Assembly (NCBI GenBank): GCA_023515725.1
Contig: JALDTO010000098.1
Location: 770,164-834,163, forward strand
Direction: 5' to 3'
DNA from: Amoeboaphelidium protococcarum X5
Lineage: Eukaryota; Fungi; Aphelidiomycota
Length of the DNA stretch: 64,000 bases
The notes beneath the pieces are model-generated. The model did no database searches. It saw only the letters and a list, made by a program, of their open reading frames with translations, and had not been told where the DNA came from. This document shows positions 45,222 to 60,497 of the stretch, piece by piece (positions within the stretch are counted from its first letter, which is position 1; each line of letters begins with the position of its first letter). Position numbers and translations under genes: made by a program.

Positions 45222-45908
45222 ATGAAACATGCTCGAGATGACAAGGTGGTATAATAAGAGGATGACGATCACTACGATATTGATCAGATTATCAGTGAGA
45301 TGCATGAGACTGAAAGATAGCGTAAAACATAATCTGGGAGCAACACAGTGAAACGTGTAAGCCTAAATAAGAGGAAGAATCTTGAGGATGGTTTGATAAC
45401 TAAACTGGACGAATCGAATAAGGGATTTAAACTGCTACAAAAACTGGGCTATCAGAAAAACTAGGACACTAATGAGTAGATTGATTAAATCTCAGAGCTT
45501 TAATTATAAGCTTCTACGTCAGCAGGCAAGAGGACGTAAATGGAGGAACGCCCTCAATATGCTTCTTCGTCAAAACGGTAGATGCCGCGTAAACAAGATG
45601 CCAGTTAGTCAGTTGAGATGGTCAGGCAGCGAGCTCAAGCACAGGCGCGGCTGAAGACTCTATAAAAGTTTGTTGACTAAGCTCAGTAGGTGTTTGAGAC
45701 TTTTAATAACAAGGACGAAACTGCATATTAAGTATTAGATGATGATGATGAAGATACCGTGTCAATTGAGCAACTAGAGTCGCGACTTAAAGTCATCACT
45801 GAGTAGCTACGGACAAGATATTTTTACTGCATATACTGTGGTTGCGCCTTTGATAATATGGATGATATGAACTAAAACTGTCCAGGTGATTCGTTTGAAG
45901 ACCATTGA
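45222..45908 (+). CDS. G-patch/DUF4187 protein (GPATCH11-like)
   Basis: SNKGFKLLQKLGY and C-terminal YFYCIYCGCAF...CPGDSFEDH. Confidence 0.85.
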
Positions 45909-46143
45909 TAATGATTGTGAATATTAGACGCTGTCATTGGTTAAACCACTTTTGTTATTTTTAAGTGCTCTCAGACCGCAAATCTTGATTGTCTGATATC
46001 AAGCTCCGTAGTCAACGACACAACCATGTCTCTAAAATTAATGATAATCATTTAGTGCTTTACCACTACTTTCTCATTATTAATAATTAGAACATATCAA
46101 AACAGAGCAACTCTGAAATTTGGACATATTTACAGTATATCAC

Positions 46144-49100
46144 ATGGATGAAAATCTAATTGATGGAATATTCTGCTACTCTCTCGGAGAGGATTTGAAG
46201 CAGCTCGATCAGCGTGAAACAATCCGCCGCTCAAACGATTCACTGTCCAACAACAACAATAGATCGAGAGAGTTATCACATGCACAGAATGATAACATAC
46301 CTGCACACCCATTCAATGTATCATATCAACCTTAATTGCAATTCTTCCATCAGTCTGGCTCATCATCTTCATCATCTGAGGGGAAAGTGGCTGCGAAAAG
46401 GTTGCCATAATTCGCATGGATGTTCTGCTTCCCGGAAGGTGGTTTGCAGTTGGTTGACTCTGCTCCTTTGAATAAGTATCACTCCTTTGTTATGACTGAT
46501 GAGATTGGCGCTAAGTAGTATGCCATGTGTATGACCTTCTACGAGCCTCTTACTCAAATGCCAGGCAGCTGCTGTTAGAACTATTAGAAATAGGCTGACA
46601 TGTGGAAGAAAGATCATCTGTCCGACACTGATCTAGAGTATGTTAATCATGTCAGAACAAAGCTGAGGCAGGTCGAAATGCAGATGAAAGAAGCATCTTA
46701 AGAGGATTTGATGGTATTGAAAGAGAAGCTTTCGATATTGAAAGGGCAATATGAACCTTATATTGGAATGTATATAGATGTCAATTAAATTTTTGTGCCG
46801 CGATGTCTTGGTATTGTAAGTCGATGGCCATTTTTTGGATTATTCAAGGATTGGCTCAGGTATGTACACACCGCAATAACTAATCACCTGGTTGTTGGAA
46901 GTAGAATTGCGTTCGAGAGCTATTGTCTTCAATTGTCGCATTATGTTCCTCTTCCGCCACTGGGCAAGACAGACGTTTCTTTTACTATGAGTGATATGCG
47001 CTTGATGTGTTCGCGTCCTCCGGCTAATTATTTGCCAGCGATAAGAGATTTCAAAGCAATACCTATAATTGCGAGTATTGGAGTGGAAAACCTGGTTAGA
47101 CTCTTTGAGTTTATATCGATGGAGCGTAAAGTTCTGATCATGTCAAAGTACGCAGAACTACTTACTCCTGCATGTGAACTGATAACATCGTTAATGTTTC
47201 CATTTTACTGGCATCACATATATGTTCCCGTATTGCCAGCCAAACTTGTTCAGTACATTCACTCTCCCATACCATACATCATAGGCGTGTAATCGTAATT
47301 ATTGAACAGAGAAAGGCCACCCAGCGATGTGTTGATTGTTGATTTAGATGATCATTCCATGACTTATTATGCTCCTAATAGCCGTGACAATATTCTGAGT
47401 TTGGTTGATGAAAAGCCAGATGCGCCATTTCTACCTGGAAAGGAGCGATAGAAATTGTTGTTGAGGTTGAAGAAGAATTTCGCTGTTAACACTGAATATT
47501 AGCCAACATCTGAGGAATGGGTAAATTACTTGTAAGATTCAGATTGGAATGCATGTGATGTAAATAGGCAAGAGATTCAGAAGAATGTTCTTGAGAATGT
47601 CAAAGTGTCCCTCTACAAGGAGTACAATAAGCTGTCTATCACGGTCTAGGCATAGAAACTGTAAATTCCCTTCACTTTGAAGAATGTTTCCAATTAGTAG
47701 TCCAGCTCATCTATTTTCAAAAGAAGATCTGATATGGTGCCAAGTCATAGCCGTCATATTTCTATGGAAAAGACATTGCCTAAAGTTCCTGAACTCCAGG
47801 CCGATTAGCAGTCCTCGCATAGCGTGTCTGATGCTATAAAGGCGAGTTCACTGATGGAACGCAAACTGGAATCCCAGGGATCTCTGTACACTGAGATGGT
47901 TGACACTTTTTAGCGATTGTAGTCATCTTCTGAAGAGTCTGTGGAGTATAGCCAATCTGGATAGTAATCTCAGCGTCGGGTTGTTGTCTCCTCATCCATT
48001 GACAATGTATCCATCTTGACTACCTCTTCTACCATGTAGTCTTAATTAGATCTTACCATGTCCGGCTCTTAAATTTTGAGATCATCCGAGATTTAATAAT
48101 AATAATAATAGCAGCACATGTCATCTGACTTTGATGTGGTTGGAAAATAAAAGCATGTGAGCATGAACGCTGCTGATCGATAAAGTGCCGCTAGTAAAAA
48201 GACGTCATCTTTCGCCAGCATTAGCAGCTGGTTTAGATCTAATTCCTCTAATTCAGACAGCCTATAAGTTGCTCCTGTATCCAGTTATCAGGTGGAAGCC
48301 TTCAAAGCACTGGAACCATTTAAAGAGACCGTTGACAGAGTATTGGTTAATGTCCATCAAATATCATAGGAACATCCTGGATATCAGGTCTGCTAGATTA
48401 AGCAGTATCCAGAGATTCATTATGTCACCAAAGATCCGGTCAATCTGAGCATCCGTAATGTTGTAATGCTGTCTCACAGTTTCAAGTAATTGATCGTTGC
48501 TTTTCACGATAGTTCTCCTAGTGCTAGTATGATTAGTCTGCCTCATTCATCTCTACCAGTTGGTGTTTGTGCACACTGTTCTCTAGAAGTGAGATCCACT
48601 GTCGTATTCACTAACGCTTTGAGGTAGATTTATAAGGGCTTAGAGTATCTTCATTTTAAGCATCGCAACCATGCTCAGTCTGAATAAACTGCTTCACAAT
48701 CATATGTATATGTCTGTACTAATTGCCATGTTTGCGTTCATGAGAAGTGTCTTCAACACTATCATTGTCATTGTGCGGTGGCTGTTCAGGAAGATAAGAT
48801 ATATGAGGCGTTTGTGCACTGTTGGTCATCGCTGCTAAAAGATTATAGAGCTGTGATTTAGTCTGTCGAATCTCCTGAAGATTACAATAAACAGTAGGGG
48901 ATGTTGGCTTAATTCTTTGATGATGGTACTGGATTCATGTAAGGCTTATTCTAAACTCAGGCATTTACTTAGTTTATAGAAGAGCGAAGACGCGAGGACT
49001 CCAACGATTATGATGTTGTGCTCTTTGACGAGTGCATTAATGCTAAATTGAACCGGTCTAAACTTCGAGTATCGTAGGAGGCTACTCCATTCCTTGATAA

Positions 49101-49857
49101 CTAAAAATCATTCGCAATCACTGAGCACTATACTTGTCCTCAGCCTGAGTTTACTGATATGGATCTGGGTCATTCGATTCCGCAACAACTAGATTAAGCA
49201 TTGCTAGTTCCCAAGCGGCGATAGAAGAAGCTATTGAGTGATCGTGATGTGAAGAAGTTGAAAGTTTATACAAACTCAGTCTTGCGCAAATCTCGCACAA
49301 GTAAAAGCCCAACGTCTGAAGCGTCCAAGTGGCTGGGTGAAAGAGTGATGAAAGCCTTAGGAGGAGCCAGTTCAGCTAACACGTCTGATAATCTCAGTAC
49401 CTTGCCTACTTTAGGCGTAACGAAGACGTCTTTGAACAGTTTATAGAAAGAGCAACATGGCTTATAGCGGTAATATGGCCGCCCCTCCAGCAGCACTAAT
49501 CCTTCGAATCAGAGTAAAGTGTAGACCATAGTAGCTGAAGTCAAACGGTATTTGGAATCAGTTCGTGATAGAGAAGATCATGCACAAGTTGTATTGGTGA
49601 ATGGGGAACTTGTTAGTTAAGTAGCGCGAGATTTTGATAATGTACTCTAATAGCTTACAATATATCAAGATGAACTAAACGTGATTCTCGATTATATGGG
49701 TAACAATCCGTAGAACAGGATTGCGACTGAAGAACAAGATGTCAAAGCAGTTCTGTTGCAATTAGAAGAGAAGCTGTAATTTGTCAGGCAGTGTTAACTT
49801 GTAGTTGATGCACCACCACTGTAGAAAGATACCATATATACAACCACCAGTCAATGA
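46144..49857 (+). CDS. DENN-domain Rab GEF with C1-like Cys/His-rich region, about 1237 aa
   Basis: FCFPEG, HSFVMTD, PRCLGIVSRWPF, FPFYWHHIYVPVLP, CTNCHVCVHEKC, QTQAFTQFIEER. Start uncertain. Confidence 0.88.
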
Positions 49858-50092
49858 ATCAATAGGTAATACACATGTTTCATATCCTTTCATCTTTCAC
49901 CTTGTGTATGCCATATATCAATTCTTTATTCATCTGCGTGAATTGCCTGTTTGGTCGCCTGCGCCACTCAGATCTGCCGCATCGTTTCTCGTGATTTTCT
50001 CACAAGAGGTAATCGTGCAATAGGTCTAGTAAAAAAGAAGTTTTTAGACATATTAAATACTTTTAATATTGCGAAAACTTGACACTTATCAT

Positions 50093-52372
50093 ATGGATAT
50101 CGAGCAGCGAAGTAGAGATGGTTCGCCGGGTTCAGCATTAGATACTTATGCCAGTGTCAATGAAGTACCAGGACCCGTTCTTGTAGACAGATATTCCTAC
50201 AAAGCAGGTTCAGTTGCGTCATTCGCCCCAGGAACTTTGAAAAGTTGGCCAATACTCTGGTATAAGTCTCTGCCTGCGTGCTATCGAATTTTGTGTGTTC
50301 TCGCTGTGTGTCTACTGCTTTTTATGATATTCACTGCGTACATGTTGTCGTACGGAGTTCGCTAGCTTGCGATCCTAGGCGTGAATGTAATGTATCCGGA
50401 GCAGTTTGATATACATGCGTTCCAGTTGAATGCTCTCAAGATTGGGCCTATGCAAGGATAAAATGTATCGCTTTCTATAAGTTCTTATGTTCAAATTGGA
50501 CTTCCTGTGAATGTCGTAGTGAAAGATTCTCTCAGAGTCCGCGTGTCTTACGTGATTCCGTTCGTCAATGGAACTTCCGCAGAGAAACTGGTGGGCATAT
50601 CTTATATGACACAAGATGAGATGAAACTGTACAGAAGAGCTGGGTATAATTGCACATTAGATTTAGATTTTGTGGTTTATGATTTTGACACATTCACCTT
50701 GATGACTGATCACATTTTAACTCATCAAGATGCATTTAACAGGAGGCGCGTCGTCAACGTGACTACACCGTCATTGGTATCCGCGTTGCCCCTGTCCGAT
50801 ATCAATAACGTGCTGATAGATTATGATAAGCCGGTGATACTCAAGATTGATGTCATTGTTGGCCTGGTGCAGATACTTGTAGGTGGTATTAGATTGTTGT
50901 AGATCAACGACTTGCCTGTTAATAAGTATGTCATGGTACGGAACACCACTGCCACTTTCCCTAACAGCGCTAGAGCAGAAGATATGTCAGTGGGATGGTT
51001 CTTTCAGCAGATAGCTGGTCTATTGGCTGGTGATGATAGCATTATGTATTATACTTCTGAGTATTTGAGCATTGGAAATCTGACCATGTATGATGATGAC
51101 GCGATATACTCAAGAATACCAGAATTTTATAATCTGATTGCTCCTTTTGAGAATATTACGGCTAATGGCTCCCAGTCTATGGACATTAGATCAACTCCCT
51201 TTACTATTGCCACCACGTTCCATAATCCTACGGCTCTGCATTTTGAATAGCTTGGTAACTACTTTGTGCAGTTGAATTACACCAATGTCACGGTGGCTAA
51301 TGTGACTGTGCGCGATATGAATCTGCAACCTCATGCCAACACTACTGTGATGATATATGGTTACATTATAAAATAGCCTGGTTATGAACATGTAGTGGAG
51401 AATTTAGTGCCCAATGCAGTCTTGAAAGCGCTTATAACTGGAAATTACTCTGATATGCCGTTCTCGCTGAGTGGGATGTCGTTCTATCATAACGAAGATT
51501 TAGTCTTTAACAATAATGGTACCAATGAGAGTAATCTTACTAATATCAACTCTACGTTGGCACTGCCAGACACGCGAAATGTATCGCAGGCTTTCCCGCC
51601 TTTAATGTATGGCTAGCCGTTGATGGGCGCCGTGTAGAAGATGCTGGCGAGGAGATCAGTTGATGTTGGATATAAGTATCTGAAATTCGGCCCCATTATC
51701 GGTAATTCGTTGGCCATCGGTCGTTTATTCAAAGATATTCCCGTGTTTGGCTCCAATGGTCTGGGTGATGTTGTTCAAGGCCTTACTGTGCGATTAGGAT
51801 TTAGGCTAGTTGTTGGTCTTCTGCCTGTCGGTGTATTCCTCGCAAATCCATTTAACTGCACCATAGCTGTAGATGATATAGATATCTCTGTATTCTTACC
51901 TCCGTACCTCACTAATCGACCTGTTGGTTGGGTAACTGGGCGTAACACGTCGCGTCGTGATGAGTCCGTTATTGTTATGCCTCCAATGTTAAATGTCGAG
52001 GACGTACGTATCCCACTTCTTTACTCGAATTAGAGTGATGCCAAGCAATTGATGCGAGACGCCGGGCTTAATTTCAAGATGCGATACGATACCAGGGCTT
52101 TCATGGCCCTTCGTAATGTGACTAGAACTATTGGATTTACCAGGCGGTCGCGAAACTTTCGAATATCTCTACGATTCAATAAACTCAACGTCAAAATTGG
52201 TCGGATGGTGGTAAACTTTTATAATATCACTGAAGAATCAATTGCCAACGTTCCTATTATCCCTCAAAGACTTATAGATAAATTAGGTTGGGTAAGAGCG
52301 TTCTCACTCATGTTCACTGGATGGAATATGGTGGGAAATGGAACGAATGTATTTCCACAGCCAGAGATTTGA
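50093..52372 (+). CDS. Type II membrane glycoprotein, possibly with DUF3712/LEA_2-like repeats, 759 aa
   Basis: Six track ORFs in one frame, joined by TAR. One N-proximal TM, many N-x-S/T sites, and FHNPT/LANPF beta-rich motifs. Confidence 0.7.
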
Positions 52373-52411
52373 AGTTTTGATTTAATTGTACCAATTTACA
52401 TATTATTTTAT

Positions 52412-53920
52412 TCATAAATTATCATTCGCTTCTGAAGATTGACTTTCATCTTCTTCGAAGAATTTTCTATTTACTCCCAATTCGGCCGCTATCAAGTTGA
52501 ACTTCTCCTCCGCCAGCTTGACATGCTCATCCAGAGTGAAAGCAAAGTCATTGCGGGGAACATTCTCAACACTGAATAATATCTTTAGCAAAAGCAAGTC
52601 AGCAAGTTTAAGTTTACCATTTGATATTGTCAACATTAGCTTTTCAGCACATTACTAGAACAGTTCTGGCAAGGATGTATCATTGCAGATAGTGAACATG
52701 TTCAATATAACATAACCAGGAGGGCAGCACTCTGAAGTCGAGTCTTGTACGCGTATATATACGTATTAGCCAGGTAATACACTAACTACAATTACACTTT
52801 ACATGAAGTGTTATTCTTTCATCAATCCCTGGTCTTCTTATGATAGACCAAAAACGAATACTGCACGATTCACAATCATTGCAGCAGTATCACCACGCTA
52901 CTACTCTAAGTCCTATACAATATATCTAGCCTGCCACTCATAAATATTAGAATCACCACCAGAATCAGTACCATCAATCTGAATTCTTACATTATTCTGA
53001 TCATCTTACACATTCGATGCTTCTAGTGATTAATAGCCGAGTATAAAGGTAGTTCCATGGACAGCAGAGACGCGACAATAGGCCTGTGAAATCTCTGAGA
53101 TACCATAAAGTGGATACAAGAATGGGGATTTCCCATACTTTCCAATAGACATGACGTACTTTGTGAATGCCGTCATGTAATGCTACCAACTCAAGTCCAT
53201 TGGAGATAGCTTGCATGTCACAATATCCTTGAGCATCACATCAAAATTCACTGGCAAACGGAAACTTTCAATATACCTACCGAAACTTTAATCATTATCA
53301 CCTTGGTCTCGTGCCCTAATGGCATCCTCTTACTCTTATAAGGTAGTATCTAGTTATTACTAATACTATTGATCAATCTTCTATCTAAGTGAGTCAATAG
53401 CCTTCATCAGGCGCCTCTTGTCCACCAGGGAGAACGTATTGTTATTAAACACGTCCTCCTTTGTCTATGGAACAGCAAGTAGAAGATTGTCTTCAATATT
53501 CACATCATCACCATCAGTATTCACGGAGTCATCAGGTAGATAGTAATGTCCTTTTACAAGTTGGAATTCCAAATACTCACCAAATCCAGTCTTTACTAGG
53601 TTTTATATTAATTCCCCTTCCGCATACAATACTGAGGGAGCCACGTCTACATATATTTTTTACAGCCTAGGATTGAGATCCTCTAATTTCAATGTATCAT
53701 TAGATGCATATTCAAAAGACACGTTCCTAATATTACTATTAGTCTTTTATTATTATTAACTCTTCATAAGATAATCAGCAGTCACAGTGCCTTACAACGC
53801 GCCATAAAATCCGTTCTGATCGATATGTAAAACTTTAACACAAGCCCTTGCCAATGCTGCAGATAGAATAGAGTTCTCAAGACTGGTTCCATTAATAACA
53901 ACATCATACTATTAGTCCAT
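52412..53920 (-). CDS. MRS6: Rab escort protein (REP/CHM/Mrs6, GDI family)
   Basis: YDVVINGTSLENSILSAALAR, VPCSKEDVF...SLVDKRRLMK, PFLYPLYGISEISQAYCRVSAVHG. Confidence 0.88.
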
Positions 53921-54061
53921 ATTAATAAGTACCAGTCAAGATTTTTCACCGACCCTTTCAAGCTTTATATATAAACTACAAACAAGTCAAAGATTTATCA
54001 AAAACTGATAGAAAGGGTACGACAAAACGCGATAAAAGTTATAAAGTAAACAGCATTTTAT

Positions 54062-54544
54062 TCAATCAAATGACATGGTGGAATACTTTTTGGCCTGGTC
54101 ACGAACCATCTGCTCATATTTTGGCCTATTCTACCGATAGATCATTGATACTTCACCATTGGCAGGATCATCATTGTTTACTTCGTGCAACAGCTGCTGA
54201 ATGCCCAGTAAGATCTGTTTAATAGTGATAGACGGTTTCCAACCTTTATCAGGATTAGTGATGGATAGACAAACTGTGCCCGACGGGAATATGTTTGGAT
54301 GAAGTATCACAGGATTAAATTGACACTTTGGAGGAGCAGCTGGATATGTGGCCGGAAATGTAAGTGTCAACATGTACGTGCCACCCTCCCACAGAGAGCC
54401 TTTTGGACCAGGAATTCCACAATCCCATATCATGAGGTTCAATGTTCCATCAGCATTCTTCCTGGGCTTTGCAGAGAACCCAAATGGATGATCTTTTCTC
54501 CACAACTTTCGTTCCTCCTACAGCCGTACCTATGTTATGCTCAT
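54062..54544 (-). CDS. UBC9: SUMO-conjugating enzyme Ubc9, copy A
   Basis: [46 protein letters not shown]. Confidence 0.92.
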
Positions 54545-55068
54545 ATTATATATAGATGCACTAATGATGATGACAGACGCACAGACAGACAGAGAACCGT
54601 TTCACAATAGTTTTAGATGTTCTTGAGAATGCCGAAGAGATTGAGGGAGAAACGATACGCGTCGTCAATTAAGAGTGGTTTCGCGATCCTTCAGAGAGGA
54701 ATTAGAACACGCTCCAATGTGGGCAGTTTACGCACTCTACCTTATTCACTTCTCCTGGCAACACTTGTTTCTAGTCACCGAGTATAGCAAATGCGTATGT
54801 ATGATGGCCTAAAAGAGATTCAGTTGAGCGCTCGCCGGGCTAACCAGTAAACTGAGTGAGTAAGGTTGTGACTTGAAAGGGAATAGTGATTTATAATTGT
54901 ATTCGTTCGACTTCTTCACTATTGATAAGATGTGTCTGCTAAATGCCAATAGATGCCGATGTCGAGAGTGACTTGAGACATTGTTGGAGACATCATGTCA
55001 ATCTGCTCTTGTGCCACTATAACCCAACGGAGTGTTCGACTGCGCAATCAGAAAATTTGATAAGCTCT

Positions 55069-55593
55069 TCAAAAAACGGACGATTGGCCTTGCACAGCGG
55101 TATAAACTGCACTTTATGCACGGATCATAAAGTATGAGTTGTCCCACTAAGCGCCTCTACTTTCACTTGGCAAGACCTAAAACACGTCTGACCCTAATTT
55201 TCCGCCTAACTACTTGTCACCCGATTTTCTCAAATTGTCAAAGAATGTACCAAACTACTGATTTGAAACCAACTTGCCATTCAAAGGTAATATAGCCACC
55301 AACTTCTTGTAATCAACGAACCCATCATCATCTGATGAAATAGTTGGTGTGAACTGTTTCAGATCACGTAATAACTTTCCCACAATCTCTCTATTCTCTG
55401 ATAAGTTCTCATACTTGACAATTATATATTTATATCTATATATATATATATATATCTGTATTTACCTTATACTCTTTAGCAGTTGTGTATAAGTCATATG
55501 TTTATACCACGCCGCAGTATTGTCGTGTTTCTTCAAGAAAGCATCAACTACACCAGTTTCGAAACGTAATATGTTGTCTTTATTTATCGTCAT
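55069..55593 (-). CDS. Hypothetical protein between the UBC9 copies
   Basis: Open frame with TAR=Gln, containing a possible 30-nt TA-repeat intron 55436-55465. No homology recognised. Confidence 0.35.
55437..55455. repeat. (TA)n microsatellite
   Basis: tatatatatatatatatat. Confidence 0.9.
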
Positions 55594-56560
55594 TTTTAGA
55601 TGGTTAGTTATTAGATAATTAACTATGATAAGAGGAAGAGAGATTGGTCAATGGCGCGTCTAAATGAAACGGGAAGTGACGCCCAGATTGAAAATGATTT
55701 CGATCTGATTCAGCGCGTCGTAACGACATCAGTGGTCAAATTCCGCAATCTAACATTACCGTGCTCATTGCCTAAAGCAGACGGACATTGATCGTTTGCT
55801 TCACATGCAACCAAAGCTAGTGTTTGCATACCGTTAATTCTTACAAAACATGACTTGAGCATAATATTGTCTCATTCAAAAATCTAACATCCATAAACAA
55901 ACATGCTCAGTGAGGCTGACGTTTATTATACTTCAACGATTTTCATGAAATAGTAGAAGCTTTTGAGTTCGCTATTGTACTTGTGGAATTCTGATCTAAT
56001 CTCGACCCATAATCTTCTAAAATGACAGCTCATAATTTTGAGCATCAAGTTTCCATTTCACAGCTTTCAAATTGTTGAGCTGAAACTGTATCGACGCATT
56101 TCAAGCACTCATTCGCTCTTCTTAGAAGAACATTGTTGAAACAACTGTAAGTATACTTCTTATATCGCATCTTCACTCTTCTCTCTTACCTTATACTTTA
56201 CAAACTGGGTTAATGGATACAACCGTATGTTGTCTAACGGCGTACTTCTTGTGTGCTTTTCGAACGTGCTAGTCAACGTTCTGTTTTATATCAAGCACTA
56301 GTTTTGAATGACGTTGAATTGATCACTTGTATAATACATTTTGTCATCCTATATAAAGAAAATCCACTTAAGTTTCGTCCATAGCATTAGTCAATCTCTA
56401 AGGTTTCAAACATGATTTGACGCGCGTTTCAACTTCTTAGCATCGCGTAGAATAGCATTTAATAAATTTGGAAAGATGGACTGATATACTGGTGTACTAT
56501 ACAAGTAATATAAAGTATCATAAGAATGCAAAAATTACGCAATCATTACTACAATCAGTA

Positions 56561-57046
56561 TCATTCAATAACCTCTTTAAACTTCTGAGCTTGCTGTTTA
56601 ATAATCTATGCATACTCTGACTTGTTCCTCATATATACATTATTTGCCTTTATATTAGCAGGTGAATGAATGTTAACTTCATCCAATAGCTACTGAATAC
56701 CAAGTAGAATTTGCTTGATAGTAATGGACGGTCTCCAGCCAGATCGCGGATCAATGATGCTCAAACAGATCATGCCCGATTCCCAGACATTGGGATGATA
56801 GATGGGAGGTGAGAAAACACATTTAGGTGGCTCAGATGGATAATTCGCATTAAAGTGTAATTTAACAGTGTACAGACCACCTTCCCATAGAGTGCCCTTT
56901 ACACCTGGCACGGCGCAGTGCCAATTCATCAGATCCAGCGTGCCGTCAGTCTTCTTGATTGGCTTCGCGATAAATCCATATGGGTGGTCTTTTTTCCACA
57001 GCTTTCGCTCCTCGGTCAGTCTCAACACAGCCATACCTTGTGTCAT
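56561..57046 (-). CDS. UBC9: SUMO-conjugating enzyme Ubc9, copy B
   Basis: [46 protein letters not shown]. Confidence 0.9.
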
Positions 57047-57315
57047 TTTCGCTTTATACTTTTTAATACTTAAAATTGCTTCCTTTAGAGAAGAATAAGG
57101 GCCAGCAAGAATAGATGGATGGATGAATATCTGCCGCAATGTTTCAGTACCAGGCCAAATGATAAGGAGAGGGATTTGAAAGATGAAAAAGGTAAAAGTA
57201 AAAGGAGAAACGCGCGCTATCCGTTAATGAGTTTCTCGAATTTTTCTACTGTAGATCTACACGGCATAAAAAACGCCAAATTATCATCGTTCAATTATCA
57301 AAGACGAACAGAGAA

Positions 57316-57758
57316 ATGCCTTTATACGAGCTATTTTGTATCAGTCGGCATCAAGTGCCAGCGGTAAGACGAAATGACGCGTAATTTCTCTATAATAGAA
57401 GATAAAAATTTCGTTTTGTAGGAACATACCAAGAATTTGCTCAAGAAAGCTGGACTGTTGGTGCTGACTAATGGCGGTGTTGTTCGACGATTTGAAAACT
57501 TTGGAAGTCATCAGCTTGCTTACGCTATGCGCAAGAATCATGAATGGTTCAACAAGGGAAGGTAAGTTCATCTATTATGTGTATGATTATAATTATGTTC
57601 CGTCTCTCTCCCTTTTTTTTTATTGTAGATAATGGAGTATGCTTTTTGATGCCAATCCTCAAGTGGTCTCCAAGATTAATCAAGAAATGAAATTGGATCC
57701 TGTTGTAATAAGGCATGGTATAAAAAAGATGGCAGAGAAATCTACAGAAGTATTATGA
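57316..57758 (+). CDS. MRP17: Mitochondrial ribosomal protein bS6m (Mrp17/MRPS6)
   Basis: MPLYELFCISR, NGGVVRRFENFG, FDANP...LDPVVIRH. Introns 57364-57421 and 57562-57628. Confidence 0.88.
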
Positions 57759-57840
57759 GAACATGCACTATATAGAATCATTTTAATAAAATCGAGTCCA
57801 GCGTGACTCGTAAATTTATGCTATGGGACGGTCAACCAGA

Positions 57841-59247
<1,407 letters not shown>

Positions 59248-59453
59248 TCAGCCGGATAGTATAGTCTGTGAGAGAGGAGAAAAGCAAGAGCGAAAGCATC
59301 GCGGTGTACATTGTACTGTTAACAATTGCGATGAAAGTCTGACTTAAATTTAAATGAAGACTGTCTTGACGTTGGGATGGCAAAGTCATCAATTAATAAC
59401 TGTATAAATCTTTAACTTTTAATTTGAATATTATCATATCATATCACTAATGG

Positions 59454-60197
59454 TCAAGCAAAAACAGACTTCTTGGACAACTTGACACCAACGCAAAAAG
59501 CAATCTAATCAGGTACACCAATGCTGTGGTCAGGCACGGTTATAGTTTACAAAAACGCGTCATAATAAACCCATAGAGCATCGCTATCTCCAAAATCTAA
59601 GAACTTTCCAGATCCAGCTTCTATTTGAGTCTTGAAAGTGTAGGGGCGATTCTTCTAAATAGGACACCCGCCGGCAACTAAGTCACAACCTGGCAAGAGG
59701 AGTATTCGTTTATTTTCATTCGCACTACCAGCAGAAACTTAACTGGCAGATAAATCTGACTGAGAACCAGATGTCAAAACGCTATCTTTATCATCAATAG
59801 AGCGTTCATCAACTTGGACCGATGCTACTGCACCCTTGAACACGGTCTACTTATAAATAATCGTCCCTGGAATTTTGATCCGCTTCTTGTCGACCACAAT
59901 ATCTGCCTTTAAATAGCCAAAGACTTCTAACTGCAACAAAACTGCATGATCTACACTGTCATCTTCTTGAATTACAAACTATTTGTCTTCACCAGACGGC
60001 ACAGAAACTGTCACGCTGTCGACATCAACAAGCAGACCTTTACGAGCAGCACCACCGCGCGGAAATCCAAAATCGCTTGGCGCTTTTGGTCCTGTGCAGC
60101 CGTAATCCACGTCCAATAGCTTAATTACGCGCCCATTTACAATAGTGTGAGCATAATTAACAGCTGATAGTAGAGCCACTAAAATCGAAAATCTCAT
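59454..60197 (-). CDS. Secreted protein, possible ML/NPC2-like lipid-binding domain, 247 aa
   Basis: Signal peptide MRFSILVALLSAVNYAHT. GCDLVAGGCPIQKNRPYTFK and terminal IAFCVGV resemble the ML-domain Cys pattern. Confidence 0.6.
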
Positions 60198-60497
60198 ATT
60201 GCGCGTTAAAATGTCGTAAACCCTCCCACAAAATAGATTTCTACAGTGCAAGAACTATGTGATGTTGTACCAAAAAGAGAAAAAATTACGCGTCGAATGG
60301 TCAAATCGTTTGACTATCCTGAAGATTGGGGCTCATGTCAGCCGGTGCCGGCTCAAAGGGGCGGACGGCATGAGGCCGAACACGTGCGCAAATCTGTAAC
60401 ACGTTTTTAATCACAAACACACAAAACCGGCATTTGTACTTTAGATAAATAACCAACCAATTTATTTAATTTTCATAAATAGCTTCTTCTAGACAAA

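Noticed and set aside
55750-56400. Possible minus-strand gene between the UBC9 copies (ATG 56382)
   Set aside because: All frames hit TGA within about 70-90 codons, and no consistent gene model was found.
56690-57139. Track start at 57139 for UBC9 copy B
   Set aside because: Non-ATG start. Homology begins at ATG 57046.
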